Counted from the first letter of the whole stretch, positions 24,861-39,217 are shown. The stretch is 62,206 nt of DNA, filler included, from Phoronis australis (GCA_002633005.1; 9 parts of 9 records of this genome joined end to end with filler, not necessarily neighbours in it), one strand, 5' to 3'. Translations and numbers: made by a program. The notes: generated by a model not told the origin, from the sequence alone.

Positions 24861-27114
24861 TCTAAACTCATAGTTCTCCGCAAGTGAAAACAAAAATGAC
24901 TTGGAGTCGAGATATCATCGAGAAAAAGTTACAGTTCATGAAAAGAAATGTTAAAGCTGCGTAGACATACGTGTGGATCATCATTTAGTTCTTATCTTCT
25001 TTAAGTTTTATAAATCAGTGACGCCAGTATACAAATTAAAATGTTGATTCAAACCTCCGTAACGTCTGTAAACACGAGTATGTATACACGCAGGATATTA
25101 TGCTGAGTCTGTCGAAGAGGTACCAGTGTAGTTCATCTATTCAGCTAAAAGTCACGTTGCATGCCGGTATTTGTGTGTGCGTCACTTTAACAAAGACGTG
25201 ACGTGGTGACAGGAAGTCAGTACCATGTCGACTACCAGCACATGTCGTGCTGGTGTCGATGCTGCTGCCGGAATGATGAAGAGGGTGTTACCATAAGCAC
25301 AGTTACCACGACCACAGCCACAACCATCACTCTAGTTAAACCTTCTCCTAGTCAAGGTAAGGTGTCAAGAACGTTAATCCGTTTTTTATTGTAATATTTA
25401 CAATGAGGGTAGTCCCANNNNNNNNNNNNNNNNNNNNNNNNNNNNNNNNNNNNNNNNNNNNNNNNNNNNNNNNNNNNNNNNNNNNNNNNNNNNNNNNNNN
25501 NNNNNNNNNNNNNNNNNNNNNNNNNNNNNNNNNNNNNNNNNNNNNNNNNNNNNNNNNNNNNNNNNNNNNNACGGGGGAGGGGGGCGATTTTTTCAAAACA
25601 TGCATAGAAAGCATCGAAAGCTAAAATGAAGGATGACTCAAAATAAAACAGAAAACTGTGAACATATGCTTATTTCGATAACAACATTATTCCTAGTTAG
25701 CGGACAATAAAAATCCCCAGCAAACTTTCAGTTCTTTATAACACGGAAAACATTCGTTATCCAAATAGAAGGAATAATTAAAGGCCATTTTAATTCCGAT
25801 AAGTGGCCTAAATCAAAACTTGTTTTTGAGATAAAGCACGGCTTTAAAACTGTTTTAATTGTAAACCTCAACACGACAGATTATTGAATTTTACTGAGAG
25901 GAGAAATCTCTTGCTGCGAGTGAGGGGATGATGCATCAGCGTATTTGACGAGGGATGACAGGGGGCGATTGCCTTTACAAATTACTGAGTAAAAATTAAG
26001 GAAAATTCTGTCGAAAACTAAAAAAGCTCGGGTACACGGATCTTCCAATGGAAAAAATATGAGAAAAATAAGTAAGAAGGCCGTATTGAAATCGGCGACT
26101 GGGATACATGTAGGTTGTGAGCGGAGAGGAGAAACAAGTAGAGCCCGGGGGAGGCACTGAGGGAGACAAAAGGGTTATATTGGAGGCGACTGTAAGGGTT
26201 GCCATTAGTGGTGACAGGGGTAGGGGTGATTGGTAGCGACCATTGGAAGAAATTCTACTACGCCAATATCGGAGAAAACTATGACATATTCCCGCCCCCG
26301 TACAGCCAAGCGAGTATACGGCTATGCCTGGTAGGGCGCCCCCTCAGCTACTCACCTGGTAACTATGTATACAACAATACTGAAGAAACGTAGCTGGCGT
26401 GACCGTCGTGTTTCTGTGTTTCACGTTTGTATGAGCAAATTCATTCATATCGTTGTGTTTATCTCGAGTTAGTCATTGTGTCTGTGCATAGAAATGAATT
26501 GCAAAAGTAAGTCCATTTGGCCCCTAAGCACGTCACTTCCACCAACGTCACGGATGTTTGAGGAAAAAAGCAACACGAACTTATTTCCAATATTAGCGGT
26601 GAATTCTTAATTCAGAAGACATCACAGAAAACACCAGTCACCCCTTTAACGCCGTTTTCAATTAATCGCCCCAGTTCTGTAAAGAGCTCAGAAGCAAACT
26701 TGGTTAATAACTAAAATTGCAACACATACTCCGACAATGATTATTTAACTACGGAGTTTTATAAGAGGAGTATTGTTTCTTTGTCACAGTGCGCTTCAAA
26801 GACACCGTGGATGTGCGCTCTTTGTATAAAATGAGAGGAGGACGTGTTCAAACTGACGACACTGGCGCGGTAAGTGACAAAACTATAATCAGGAAAAACA
26901 ATTTGCAAATAAATTGCGGTTTTAAAGAAAACACCACAACTGATACACTTAAAACAACTTTGGACATATAAATACCCTAGTAATTCCAAATATAACACAA
27001 TCGTTTTTTCATTGTGAAATGAACTAAATAATAAAAACTGTGCCTTGTTTCATTAGTGTAACGACAATGCTGCGGGGGTTTCCCAAGGATTCCCGTGTCG
27101 TCCTAATGTATATA

Positions 27115-27275
27115 TATGTACACAAAACGTACCGAGAGTGGCGTAGATGAAGTATTATCCCAAGGGACATTATTCCGCGTATCGACCTCAACATTCGGTC
27201 CAGGTCGATACGCGGAATAATGTCGATTGGGATATTACTTCATCTACGCCAATCGAGGTAGGTTTTGTATGTATA
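27115..27275. repeat. Near-perfect ~160-bp palindrome (hairpin MITE)
   Basis: TGGCGTAGATGAAGTATTATCCCAA..GACATTATTCCGCGTATCGACCT, a short loop, then its reverse complement. Confidence 0.85.
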
Positions 27276-28971
27276 CCATACGCTTCGAATTCGTAAGTTT
27301 CATTCATTTTTTCGTCAGATTTTTTAGATACTTCACTAAGACTGTTCACGTGGCGGATCAGATATTATATGCATGTACTTGCGCGTTAGGAAATCATTAT
27401 TACATGGCCGTATTGCACTAGACTTATTCAACGCGTATGGGATAAATGGGCAAGAAGTGTGTGCAAACGAATGCTTTCGTTGAGGTCACCATGAGGAGTC
27501 TCGGCCGACCAGCCAGACCTCAATTATCGGTGGCCGGCATCGGGTGTTCGTCCACCATGATAAAATTACCAAACTCATTTACATAAAAACAGTACCGCAC
27601 AACGAGACTTTCGCGTCATTGTAATGGTAACTAGTTCTCGGTTGGTTCCCAGCACACTGGAGGACCCGAGGTTGTTTGTAAATAAGTACTTTATTCGCAT
27701 ATTCACAATTTAATGAGACTATATGCATCTTTAACGGTAGATTTCATGTGCTCAACAGGTTCACAACTAGTGCGGGTGGAATATCGTGCGTTTCAAATAG
27801 GAGTTTTGTTTTGATTGGGATTATGGTTTCTGAAGAAAGACCTTCATTGCTGGAATAAGGACATAATTAATACTACTGTACTTCCAGAGTTTAAATAAAA
27901 CTGACACTAAAGTATGTGAAGGACACTCAAATAACATTCATGGACGGGGTTCGGGAGCGTCCGTGAGAACTAGGATGTTCACGAAGGTCGTCTGCCATGA
28001 ACGTCACAAAATAAGGTCCTTGAATTTGTGATTTTGGCGTTTTTCGACATTTTTATCGTCAAATCACAACTCGAAGGCAATTTGATGTGATCAAGTGAAA
28101 GACGGTATTCAAATATTTGTTCGACGCTTATTCCCGGGCCTCAACAAGTGCAGTTCCATTTAAAGGGACATTGTTTGTTTAGCATGACGTCATTTTAATG
28201 TTTTGGACCTGGTCAAATAACATTAAAATGTTATAATTGAACATTATTAATAATTTTGCCGGCCGTATTTGCGTAGGGGTGTAAATTACTCAACACTTCG
28301 AAAATAACTGGCGATATGGACCGGGCTAATCTCAATCCTTCTCAGCCCTTCAGGATCATACAAAGGGAGCAACCGTCACAGCCCACCGATTAATCCAAAC
28401 GCATAGTTTTGTAGAAAATGCAAGTCCTAAATTACTCCCGTGATTACCTGGATCAGAAAAAAATACAAAAGCTGCAAAATTTTTGAAAGTGTGATTCATC
28501 TGTGCATTTCTATTCCTATTTGTGGTTCCAAATCGCGTCATACTAATGGCAGGTACGTCATCACTAAATATCCGAATTGGCTTTTTGGTAAAAAATCGCA
28601 TTTTGATATAAAATTATATCAAAACATTAAAAGTCCGTTGTGCTTGTTACAAATCGCCAATGCTCGCCGTTGTATGCAAGATATTCGATGAAATCAAGGC
28701 CGGTTCCTTTATCTGCAACATACGCTCTAAGTATCCTGTCCTTTAGCGAGTGGAGTTTAGCTCTGCCAGCAAAGCGATAGGCCGTGACCGCGTAGCTGAT
28801 CTCAGAACTTGAAATAGCTTTTCTCGCAGATGATGTTATTTTAAATCAAGACCTACTGACAGACAGATTTGTTTTATACAGACGGTGGGTGTTTACATTT
28901 TTCACGATTGCAATAGCAACTGAACGGAGTTTATTGATTGCCCGTATCCCACAGCAACCATCGCAACTTAA

Positions 28972-29700
28972 AGGCGAAGGCAACCCTTTTTCTTGTCATT
29001 TTGAGGTAAAATAAGGTTGGTTGGTTATCCTAGACATATTTTCCACGTAATTACAAGTTTTCGTAATTTTATTAATTACTCGTCCTCTACTCCGGAAGTG
29101 ACGTTTTAGGAGGCAAGCGTTTCCCGCCACTTGCTTTTGCGTTGAGTTTACCGTGCGAATCTGTTCTATTCTACTTTTGTTTTGTGCTGTTTTTCAACAA
29201 TTGTCGCCACCACTTTCCATCGGCGAGTATTCTGCGGCAAGATAGGTTAGTAGAGAACTCAAATACGTTGGATTTAGGGATTGTTTAGTGTGTTGTAAGC
29301 TGAAAATGGCTGGAGTCGGTGACCCGTATCACAGTGACAGTAGTGTGAGTGACGGAGACCTTGTTCACAGCAGTGGTGACGAGGAATTTTTTCACGGACA
29401 TTCAGTGGGTGGGTNTGGAGAAAACAGCACAGGGCGAATCACTACTGGTTCCAGGAATGGCACGCTCTGGGGTACGTTCGGAGGCACGGGTGACAGTGGA
29501 TGAAGTGCCTCCACTGGCTCCAGTCACTGTACTGGCCACAGCTCGCCAGGCTTCTCTCTTCTCGGGGGTGGCGACGGGGCACTGCCGGGAATCAACACAG
29601 ACGGAATGTCATCCTTCTTCAGGCGTTGTTTCGCAGGGACCTTCATCAGTTCAGCGTACAAATCCCTTTCGTAATCGGCCTTTAACCAGGCTGCAGGATT
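28972..29700. mobile_element. Kolobok DNA transposon derivative: TTAA|AGG terminus, KolX start (+, ATG 29306) and THAP-like C-terminal fragment (-)
   Basis: TTAA at 28968-28971 followed by AGG. 28994-29412 is the inverted copy of 49251-49644. The minus strand reads DYERDLYAELMKVPAKQRLKKDDIPSV, resembling the THAP LKxxAVPT motif. A single N at 29415 joins the pieces. Confidence 0.7.
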
Positions 29701-31339
29701 TTTGTTAAATTTTGGTAAATTTGGTGGCGACATGAGACCCCGGCATGCCTTTGAGAGCTATGCCTTTTTGCCGACACGAATATTACTCTCGAAACCAGAG
29801 ACAATTAGCTAATAGTGTCTGGATTCGAGACTGCTTATGTTTTTCTAACGTTTGGCAAAACTAATGTTTTACGTTGACCTTGTCATCTGTGATATTTCGC
29901 AAGACATGTCGAAATTTGACTTGTTTACGACAACTCTCAGTGCAGGAAGAACATTAGGAAACCATTCGCGGCTTTTAAAAGTCGTTAGTTTTTCGTTGAG
30001 AGTACGGTGCATTGACGTCCTTTTGGTCTATTTTCAGATTCCGCTGAGTCGTGAGAGCTCCTCTGATGACACGCCGTCGTAGGTATTCAACTTTTCATCA
30101 ATTTTACTGTTCCACCTGTTGTTAAGCCTGCCTTGGCGTCTAATAACCAATGTCTTCAACATTTTCACTTCCCACACGACCGTCGGCGCCGCCGCCACCG
30201 CCACAAAAAGTTTAAATCAGCGGAGAAAACTGGTTCCGAAAATGCCGTGGTTGAGTATTACCAAATGTTGGACGGTAACTTAACCACTAGCTGGAAACGG
30301 AACTTTACGAGAAGTCGTAAGTTTAGGCAGAAGTATCAGTTTCGACCCTGTCAGTTAAAACGAGAGAAAAAGTCCGTAGAATCTAGATTTATGTGTCGGA
30401 ACATTTCGGGGCTACACTTTCCAAGGCTTACGTCGACACCAAACTGAAAAAATGACATTGTAAACTTATCATTCTCCTACATTTCAGGTGACCATGGTGG
30501 AAAGAAAGAAAGAAAAGAACATCAGTTTTCGAATTTCTAAGAGTAAATTTATGTTGAATAATGTGTGCACTTAAACAAGCATTTGTTTAATTTTTTTTTC
30601 AAAACTTGAGATAGAAAAAAAAATATTAGCATTCAATTTTACCTCTTTGATGGCCCTTTGGTCAGTTGGTCTGGTTTTATAAAAGGGAAAACAGTGGTCC
30701 TCAACCGGAAGCGGTGACGCTTTGAACAAGATTCTAAATCTTCAGAAAGCTACGTTCCTTCGCTTTTCAGTTCGGATAACTCCACTTTATGCTTAATGGC
30801 CGAGACGCCCGCAGATTTTCAGTCCCATCTCCACACGTTACATTGCACTTTCAAGGCATTCTGAGAAGTACTTAAATTAGAGTGTGACTTCACGCGGTAA
30901 CACGAACTCTGCACAACGCGGTTACCTCTCGTTTATATTTCCACTTACGANNNNNNNNNNNNNNNNNNNNNNNNNNNNNNNNNNNNNNNNNNNNTTAATT
31001 AATTAANNNNNNNNNNNNNNNNNNNNNNNNNNNNNNNNNNNNNNNNNNNNAAAAGATGAAACGTTGAATTGAACATGAACTTTTTTATTTGTGCGGCGAT
31101 CGTCCGGTTTTTGATTTTGGTTTTCATCATTGAAGAAGAAACACCAGCAAGCTGCCTGGACCAGAGATAATCATGCTCTACTCAAGACTTGTTTAGAATT
31201 GACCAATCGTGTACCGAGCTTTGAGAACACTTTCATATTCGACGCTGTGTGATTGGTTAGTTTTTTAGCCGAGTTTGGCGGTCGCTGGACCCGAATATGA
31301 CCAACACAAAGTTATGATCTAATCTACACGACCACTCAC

Positions 31340-31410
31340 TTTGTTTTCTTCCTTGTACTTAGCTGCAGCTTGCATGAAGTGAGGTTTGGCTGCCTTACAG
31401 TGGCCGCACC
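31340..31410 (-). CDS. PDIA5: Protein disulfide-isomerase A5 exon (WCGHCKAAKPHFMQAAAKYKEENK)
   Basis: AG/GT bounded, phase 1 to 0, thioredoxin CGHC site. Confidence 0.85.
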
Positions 31411-31987
31411 CTGTGGGCAAGAGGGAGAAGAAAAGGAGATAGACACACACACACGCATAATATAGTTTTCAAAAAATTAATGTTTCTTCATGTCAAAAAA
31501 TTGGAGAAATTGAAAACCAAAAATATACGGCTTATTTTCAATGATTTTAACATTTTCACCTGGTTTCTCTCACAGAGTGTTCTTTGCATGACTTTGTCAA
31601 ACCCCACATTTGTAAACTTTTTTGAAAACTACTGCACACTAACAGAAATACAGAGAACAACAACAACAGTATAGCCATATCCTGAAACAAGCACTTCTCG
31701 GTTGCGAGGTAAGAAAATAGACACCTTGCAACAGCGGTAATGCACTCACTCACAGGTGAGCATTTCTGATGAGAGCGAAAGATAATGAATGAGATATCGC
31801 AAATCTATGGATGAACTTTTCCAGCTTTGCGTCACTACCAACAATGCAGCATTCTTGGATGGCATTTGAAGGGCGATAATAACATCTTTTTAATAATATG
31901 TGAAAACAAAGATTAGCCCAACTGCACAGTGTCCATCAGATACGAAGCAAGAACGGAACATACCGCAAATTTCAAGATGGAGCAATT

Positions 31988-32200
31988 AGGGTACAAATGA
32001 AATACTTTACAAGCCATCTCGGGATGGGACGCTAGTCCATCCTAAGTTGCTCTCCAACCACAGCTGGTACTCATTTGCTCCACAACAGAGCTGACTGGAG
32101 CAATGGAGCTAAAGGTTCTGGCTCAAGAACACAGCTACAACACGGCCTGGCCTCAAACTCGGCCTTTCAGCTGACAAACTGATGGTAACCAACGAGAGCC
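31988..32200 (-). mobile_element. tRNA-derived SINE remnant in a PDIA5 intron
   Basis: GCTGGTACTCATTT...GACTGGAGCAATG...GGCTCAAGAACAC is the reverse complement of a common invertebrate SINE central domain. Confidence 0.55.
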
Positions 32201-32451
32201 GTACAGGGTTGTGCAATATTTATGGTGTTGTTTGCAACTCACCCTGTGTGTACAGGGTGTGCCAAAACAATGGTACAGTTGCTTTGAGACAAGGTCCAAA
32301 TGAAAACTAGAAGTTTTCAAAAAAATCAATTTAGTTTTCACATGCTGCTATAAACCATGACAAACGTTAAAGATGATTTCTTTGTGACGCAAATTTGCTC
32401 TTCTACAGCAACTTCAATCCTCAATTGAGATGACAATAAAGAAGTAGCAAC

Positions 32452-33080
32452 AGCAGTTGGTAACGCAGGTGATAACAGGTCACTATAACCTGCAGTTGGT
32501 AATGCAGGTGCTAACAGGTCACTTAGTAACCAGCACTTGGGAATACAAGTGATAACAGGTCACTGTAACCTGCAGTTGGTAATGCAAGTGATAACAGGAC
32601 ACTGTAACCTGCGTTGGTAATGCAAGTGATAACAGGACACTGTAACCTGCAGTTGGTAATACAAGTGGTAACAGGTCAATGTAACCTGCGTTGGTAATGC
32701 AAGTGATAGCAGGACACTGTAACCTGCAGTTGGTATTGCAAGTGATAACAGGTCACTGTAACCTGCATTTGGTAATGCAAGTGATAACAGGTCACTATAA
32801 CCTGCAGTTGGTAATGCAGGTGCTAACAGGTCACTTAGTAACCAGCACTTGGGAATACAAGTGATAACAGGCCACTGTAACCTGCAGTTGGTAATGCAAG
32901 TGATAACAGGACACTGTAACCTGCGTTGGTAATGCAAGTGATAACAGGACACTGTAACCTGCAGTTGGTAATGCAAGTGATAACAGGACACTGTAACCTG
33001 CGTTGGTAATGCAAGTAATAGCAGGACACTGTAACCTGCAGTTGGTATTGCAAGTGATAACAGGACACTGTAACCTGCAG
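32452..33080. repeat. 39-bp minisatellite, ~16 copies, intronic
   Basis: Unit CTGTAACCTGCAGTTGGTAATGCAAGTGATAACAGGACA. Confidence 0.95.
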
Positions 33081-34006
33081 ACATTAAGGAAACCACAAAT
33101 CGAGCAACAGATTCCAGCTGCTTAAAATTCTAGAAGGAAGATGAAACACCAGAACATCATGTCACTTGGCGTTTCACTTACCAAAGCAAGTAAATCAGTT
33201 TCAGTAAAAACTGTCATTGCTAACAAAAACATTAAACAATTATAAAATTCCTCAAGCAGGCTGGTTGACTTGCTGAGTATGAGCAGTGAAATTAAAGCCT
33301 ATCTTGAATGATGGCACTTGTAAGTTTGGCTCCTACAGTATGTTAAGAGCATCGCTCCGAGCACAACGGTGCCATAAATTGCTAAATATAAGGAAGTATT
33401 AGGCTTATTGGCTAGCCTTTGTGTACGTCAACAGGAGAATCACATTTTAAATCAAACAGCTGTGAATAACACCCGCTGGCAATGCTGTTCTATTCAGAAC
33501 ACAATTCTTATCCGGTTTTGTTGTTTGTGCTGGGATCTCGCAGTGATGCACGAAAAGGCAACTTTACCTTTTATTTGATGGGCCTACATTAAACTCACAT
33601 TTTCATACTTTATTAAGGTGCTGTAAGGACTATCTGGTTAGCCCATTACATCTAATATAACAAAATTACGTTGAAGTTAGGCCTGAAAGCACAATGTCTA
33701 TAGCAGTGGACCTGTGTAGGCCTTTCTGTTTCGCTTACTTTATTTCGCAAAATTCCAACACTACTGTCCCATTAGCATTAAGTAGCAATAAATTTCCTGG
33801 AGTTCCAGCGATGACCAAACCTCTTCAGCACTGTGACAGGTAAACTTAACGAGCCTGCTCTGAAGCAGTAAGAAGCACAGAATCGTTTCTAATCCGAGTA
33901 AGCAACACTAGGCGGATTTTGTAACAGTAAGTGGCATGAATGAAAAGTTGTTTTTAACAGAAGGTGCGGGCTCCCTACATCTTTAACCAGGACACAATCT
34001 ACTCAC

Positions 34007-34146
34007 ATGGAGCGTAAAACATGACTAAGCTGTGTTTCTTTTTCTTCAATGTTGGCTTAAAGTTCTCCTCAGTCAAATGAACCACGTCGGACTCGACCTC
34101 ACTCCAGGCGGGCTCGGCGGGCGGGGGTGCTGGTGGTTCCTTAGGG
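34007..34146 (-). CDS. PDIA5: PDIA5 exon (DPKEPPAPPPAEPAWSEVESDVVHLTEENFKPTLKKKKHSLVMFYAP)
   Basis: AG/GT bounded, phase 2 to 1. The proline linker plus LKKKKHxLVMFYAPW is characteristic of PDIA5/PDIR. Confidence 0.9.
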
Positions 34147-34451
34147 CTGCGGAGAACACAACAATCAAATAATGCCGTACCTCGACAGACATATCTTCTA
34201 CTTCAATATGGATTGCATAGCAATCGTGAAGTTGGGATGATAGAGAATTAAAATCATTCGATAGTTTCCAGCAAACAAGACGCACACAGGCCACAAGTCA
34301 AACAGTCGTGTTTCACACGTTACCTGACTGAAACACATGATAGTACTCCTACTGGGCCACTTTCCAGTGGTTTTACATTGTGATATAACATGAACAAGCG
34401 ATAAAANATAAAAATGAGAAACAGATGCTCTCAAGTTGGCAGAAGGCTTAC

Positions 34452-34517
34452 TCTTTCATGAACTCGACTATTTTGCTGGCAGTTCGCTCATTGACATCAA
34501 ACTCCACCTCTCCATTT
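34452..34517 (-). CDS. PDIA5: PDIA5 exon (NGEVEFDVNERTASKIVEFMK)
   Basis: AG/GT bounded, phase 2 to 2, in frame with its neighbours. Confidence 0.85.
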
Positions 34518-35091
34518 CTACAAAGAAACAAAAACGCAACATTAACATTAATTAATAGTGTAGTAGGCTGAAACCAAACCGAATATTCGTTATATTACAA
34601 GCGCGATCATGTTTTGTTAGTTAAAAATCCACAAAGTTTAAACAATGTCCAGAACGCCTATTAAAAGGCATCCACCAATACAGTAGCGACATGTTTTTGA
34701 GGATTGAATGGCGTATTTTAAGTGATCCTTGTGAACTAATCCTCCGAGTATGTTGCCAAATATTTAGGAAACAACTCTTAAAAGTAATAAATTTTATATT
34801 TTTTGAAAGTAGGCCTGATAGTTAACTTTACGTCAATTTGTCAATAATTGGATCTCATGACCATGCCTTAACAAAAAAATTTACCAAAAAATTGCAAAGA
34901 GACACTTCTAATAACATGACCGAATTTCATTTGTTACAAATGTCAAAGACGACATCCCACAAATGTTACCAGTCTTCTAATGACTTCACTTTCAATCTTC
35001 TACTGCTTTTAATGACTTTACAGTTTCCCATTTCCACAATATCACTCCCCAATACACCATGAAGTCTCCCCGACAACTAACAAGTGCTCAC

Positions 35092-35254
35092 TTAAAATAC
35101 TTGACTGTGGGGAATCCCTTGATGTCAAATCTTTCGCCCAGCTTTTTGTTCTCCGTCACGTCTATAGCCGCCAGTGCACCAGATATCTCCTCATCCTTCA
35201 TAGTGGTGGCGGCCTCATCATACTCTGGCTTCATCTTCTTACAGTGTCCACACC
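35092..35254 (-). CDS. PDIA5: PDIA5 exon (WCGHCKKMKPEYDEAA...GFPTVKYF)
   Basis: AG/GT bounded, with CGHC and GFPT thioredoxin motifs. Confidence 0.9.
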
Positions 35255-38200
35255 CTGCCATGAAGAGAAATATTCACATACAGAACAGACTTCGAATTCT
35301 ATCAATTTTGACAAAATCCTGAGCCCAAGGTCACACAGGATTAGAAAATGGGCAACATTCAACTAAGAGTTTTCAACAAAAAGTTGATATTTTTTCTAAC
35401 ATAGAAAATCGACAAAATTTTGAAGTAAAAATTTCTGCATGACTTTCAAACGATTTCGATTTATTTTGCCATTGGATTATTTCTGGGTTTTCACCATAAC
35501 TTAAGAAAAATCCAGACTAAGTTTGATGAAAATCAACAACTTTCTCTAAAACTAACAGTAAATGAAGTACCCACATTTAAAAAATAAGGTAATAATGCAT
35601 CACTTCAACCACAGAATTTCATTACAAGGTAAAGAGCTAGTTTACAATATTATCAGAACTAACTGGTGGCGGTTGAGAGGAGCTAAAATTCAACCAGTAG
35701 TATGTGTGCCCCAAGGAATGTGTGTGTACCATGAAATTTGCGCGAGTCATGGAAATGCACTCTAACTTAAACTGCGGTTTTCTAAACAACCGGAACAATG
35801 CTGACCTTCGACAAAGTTTCCACACACGAGCATGCGACTAAATATACATTTCACTAACTCATAAAGTTGTTTTCAACCTTCCTAAAACTTGTCAGAATCA
35901 CTAAATATCTTAGAACCTCTATTGCATATTTCTCCAAATTCAATTAAGAAATCAGTTACAAACTCAAGTCAGAATGAAGAAGTAATTGCCACTAATATTC
36001 AATAAATGTGTTATTCTATGAGCACCAAAAGTTTCATCTCTTTCTTAAACAATACGGGTGTTAAGTGCACCAATTTTGGCCGAGTTCTGCTAATCTATGC
36101 CCACTTCATTTTGAAAACCACTACTTTTTTAAGTTATGTTACATGTCTATACCCACGGAATTTTCACTTTCAGACGGCAATTTCCAACTTAAACCAAAAC
36201 ACCCAATGCATATGATCGAGAGTTTCTTGAAAGTGTCAATTTTTTTGAACTTTTGTCACACAAAAATTTCAAACGATCAAACGGTGCACACCATCCAGCA
36301 ACAAATACAGTTTCATCAGTACTAGCATTAGCAAGCGGAAAATCGACGTAGTTTCTCACTGCGTTTAATTTGACTCTAGCATGTCCGATGGGTTTACCTG
36401 AATCGACAGTTGAGGTGAAAGCCACTCCCAGTTTTTAAACAATGGTTTTAAATGTCAAAGCCCTGGCTTAACCCCCGCACCGGTATTTTTGAATTCGTCA
36501 ATTCAACAGGGCTTGGAATGACCAATGGCGAAAAACGCAGAAACTTTTACGGCCCGAAACATGCGCGCAGCCAGCCTTGAAAAAGTCGGTGTGGACCTTT
36601 TGCCAACCAAAATCGANNNNNNNNNNNNNNNNNNNNNNNNNNNNNNNNNNNNNNNNNNNNTTAATTAATTAANNNNNNNNNNNNNNNNNNNNNNNNNNNN
36701 NNNNNNNNNNNNNNNNGTGGCTAATTCACATAAATAATTACGCGCACATTATTTCTTTGGCTCACTATTATAGTCTTTTCGTGACTGGAGGTTTAGTTTC
36801 CAACTCAAGCTGGTTTATGTTCGTGCCAGTCTCGGCGGCCGCGACGGGCCTGATCGGGTTCCGAGCCACTGGCCGGGATAATGAGTCAGTCTGGCCGCAA
36901 CGGGCCATGATCAGGTTCTTAGCCACAGGCCAGGATAACAATCGTTTTGTGTGCTTAGAACTCAAAAAACCACAAGTCTAAACAACACAGATCTAAGTTC
37001 TCCTGTCTGTATTTCATGGAAGAATACTTTGAATTTATCTCCGAACAGACCCCAAACTCATACTACATTGGCCTGCCGAACTTTGTAGGCTACGGTGTGT
37101 CCAAATACAAATAAATCCGTAACAGCGAAATAAAACAACACATTTTTATAAGAACTCTGTGTATTTTTAAGGGTTTTACATCGCAGTTTGATGATTTATT
37201 GGTGTTAAACGATGAATTCAAGCGGTAAGCTGACACCAGTGACTCGTGTTGTGAACTGCTGAACAGACTGCGTGAGAAACCAAGGACGTCATTGGATAAT
37301 TTCAACACCTCCGTCTGCCGTCTGGTAACGCAACCGAACGTGCCGTTATCGAATAGAACTACTCGATCTAAATTGATACAAAATAGGTTGTTTTTTGGGT
37401 GGCATTCTCCTTTAAGAAGATAAAGAGTCAACCCTAAAATTGCCACAAGGGGCTAAAGCGGTAGTCAGATCAACCTGAAAGTCATAGTCAGCTTCATAGG
37501 AAAGCACCTAACAAATCTCATTAAGAGCCTGCAAGGGGTTTAGGAGATACAGCTGTGGACGCCGGACAGAGATGACAGCAATATGTACCCACGTATAAAT
37601 ATGTGGGTGCATAAGAATTACGTGAGATCAAGCTCAAGTTTACAAAATGTTGTTGTATCGTCTGTTAATGCTGCTGCCACAGTCAGCGAATGCGTAGTAT
37701 GCAGCTGTGATTTTGACAAAAAACTAATTAAGTAATTTGAAAAAAACATTTTTTTTGACGTGAGCGTAATATTAATACGAAAGTTAGTATAGTGACTAAG
37801 ACAATCTGTAATTAGAATTTTACTGCCATCAGAGTTGTTACCAGTCATTCCTGCCGTTATGATTGCAACAGGAAAATGGTATTTTGTTAGATTACATTAT
37901 AATGTATTTTATTTCCAACTTCCACAAAGAGGAGTGGGTACAATGGACTTAACTGGAACAAGTGTATGTCTCATGCAAGATAAATACTGCAAAAAGTGTA
38001 TGCCTCATCCAAGTTAAATACTGCGACAGAAAACAGATCCAAGCTGATCAAGATTTTATCTGAGTAGGGAGAACTATGACTGGAAGCACACGTACAGAGT
38101 CTAGAACATCCATAATGTTGAACTTTGTCAGATTTAAGCGAAAATCCAACAAATGTATGCTTGACTCATAAGATATTTACAGTAGTACCATAACAGAACA

Positions 38201-38433
38201 AGAGAGTCCAATTTAAAGACTTTCTCAAATGGGATGCATCAAAGATAAACCAGTGAAAGTGAACATCAACTGTTTACTCTTTAGTTGGATGTACTTGTGT
38301 GAAAGTTGGACACATCAGAGTTAGGGATGTGTCAACATTTGGATGCACTTGTGTGAATGATGAACACGTCACAAAGCTCACGGGCATGTTAACAAAGTTT
38401 TGGACTCCAGTTGACACAATACATTCAACTCAC

Positions 38434-38535
38434 CTTGAGTGGTATATCAGAGTCATACTGCTGTCTGAACTCTGACGCCTCCTCCCTGGCTTTCTCTACA
38501 ATTCCCCGTGAGTCAGCTAGCAGACCTGCCACAGC
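38434..38535 (-). CDS. PSMA3: Proteasome subunit alpha type-3, exon 4 (AVAGLLADSRGIVEKAREEASEFRQQYDSDIPLK); later exons not found in this contig
   Basis: AG/GT bounded, phase 0 to 0, conserved alpha7 sequence. Confidence 0.92.
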
Positions 38536-38582
38536 CTACAAACATTCAATAATCCATGATAGCAACAAGTAAAAATGAAATG

Positions 38583-38893
38583 GTAACTGACAAGATACAG
38601 TCAATAATCCAGGATAGCAACAAGTACAAATGAAATGTTAACTGACAAGATACAGTCAATAACTGACAAGATACAGTCAATAACTGACAAGATACAGTCA
38701 ATAACTGACAAGATACAGTCAATAACTGACACGATACAGTCAATAACTGACAAGATACAGTCAATAACTGACAAGATACAGTCAATAACTGACAAGATAC
38801 AGTCAATAACTGACAAAATACAGTCAATAACTGACAAAATACAGTCAATAACTGACAAGATACAGTCAATAACTACCAAGATACAGTCAATAA
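38583..38893. repeat. 21-bp minisatellite (ACTGACAAGATACAGTCAATA)n in PSMA3 intron 3
   Basis: Directly visible. It explains the repetitive ORFs at 38546-38898. Confidence 0.95.
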
Positions 38894-39217
38894 TCTAGGA
38901 TAGCAACAAGTACAAAAGTTAACTAACGAGATACAGCCAATGAGAGGAAAACATTTCTTAATAGCAGAATGAAGACAAGTGCAATTTTTACTTTACACTT
39001 ACGATATTCAATTGAGAAAAAAGTACTAATCCCAATTCTTACAATTAAGAAAGAAACAAAAAAGTATCGGAAATTATATTTTTATTTCTTCATTGTAGTT
39101 AGTACCACGTTATCATTAAACAATGCTTGGCATATTTTACTATGGCAAGAACTTATTGTTCTCAAACCATCAATACTAGAATGGCAATTATTTAGTCAGC
39201 CATTGTTTCATACATAC

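Noticed and set aside
25093-26393. Possible exons (Cys/Thr-rich at 25093-25357; PPPY-containing at 26199-26393)
   Set aside because: Stops or frameshifts and an intervening gap prevent a consistent gene model.
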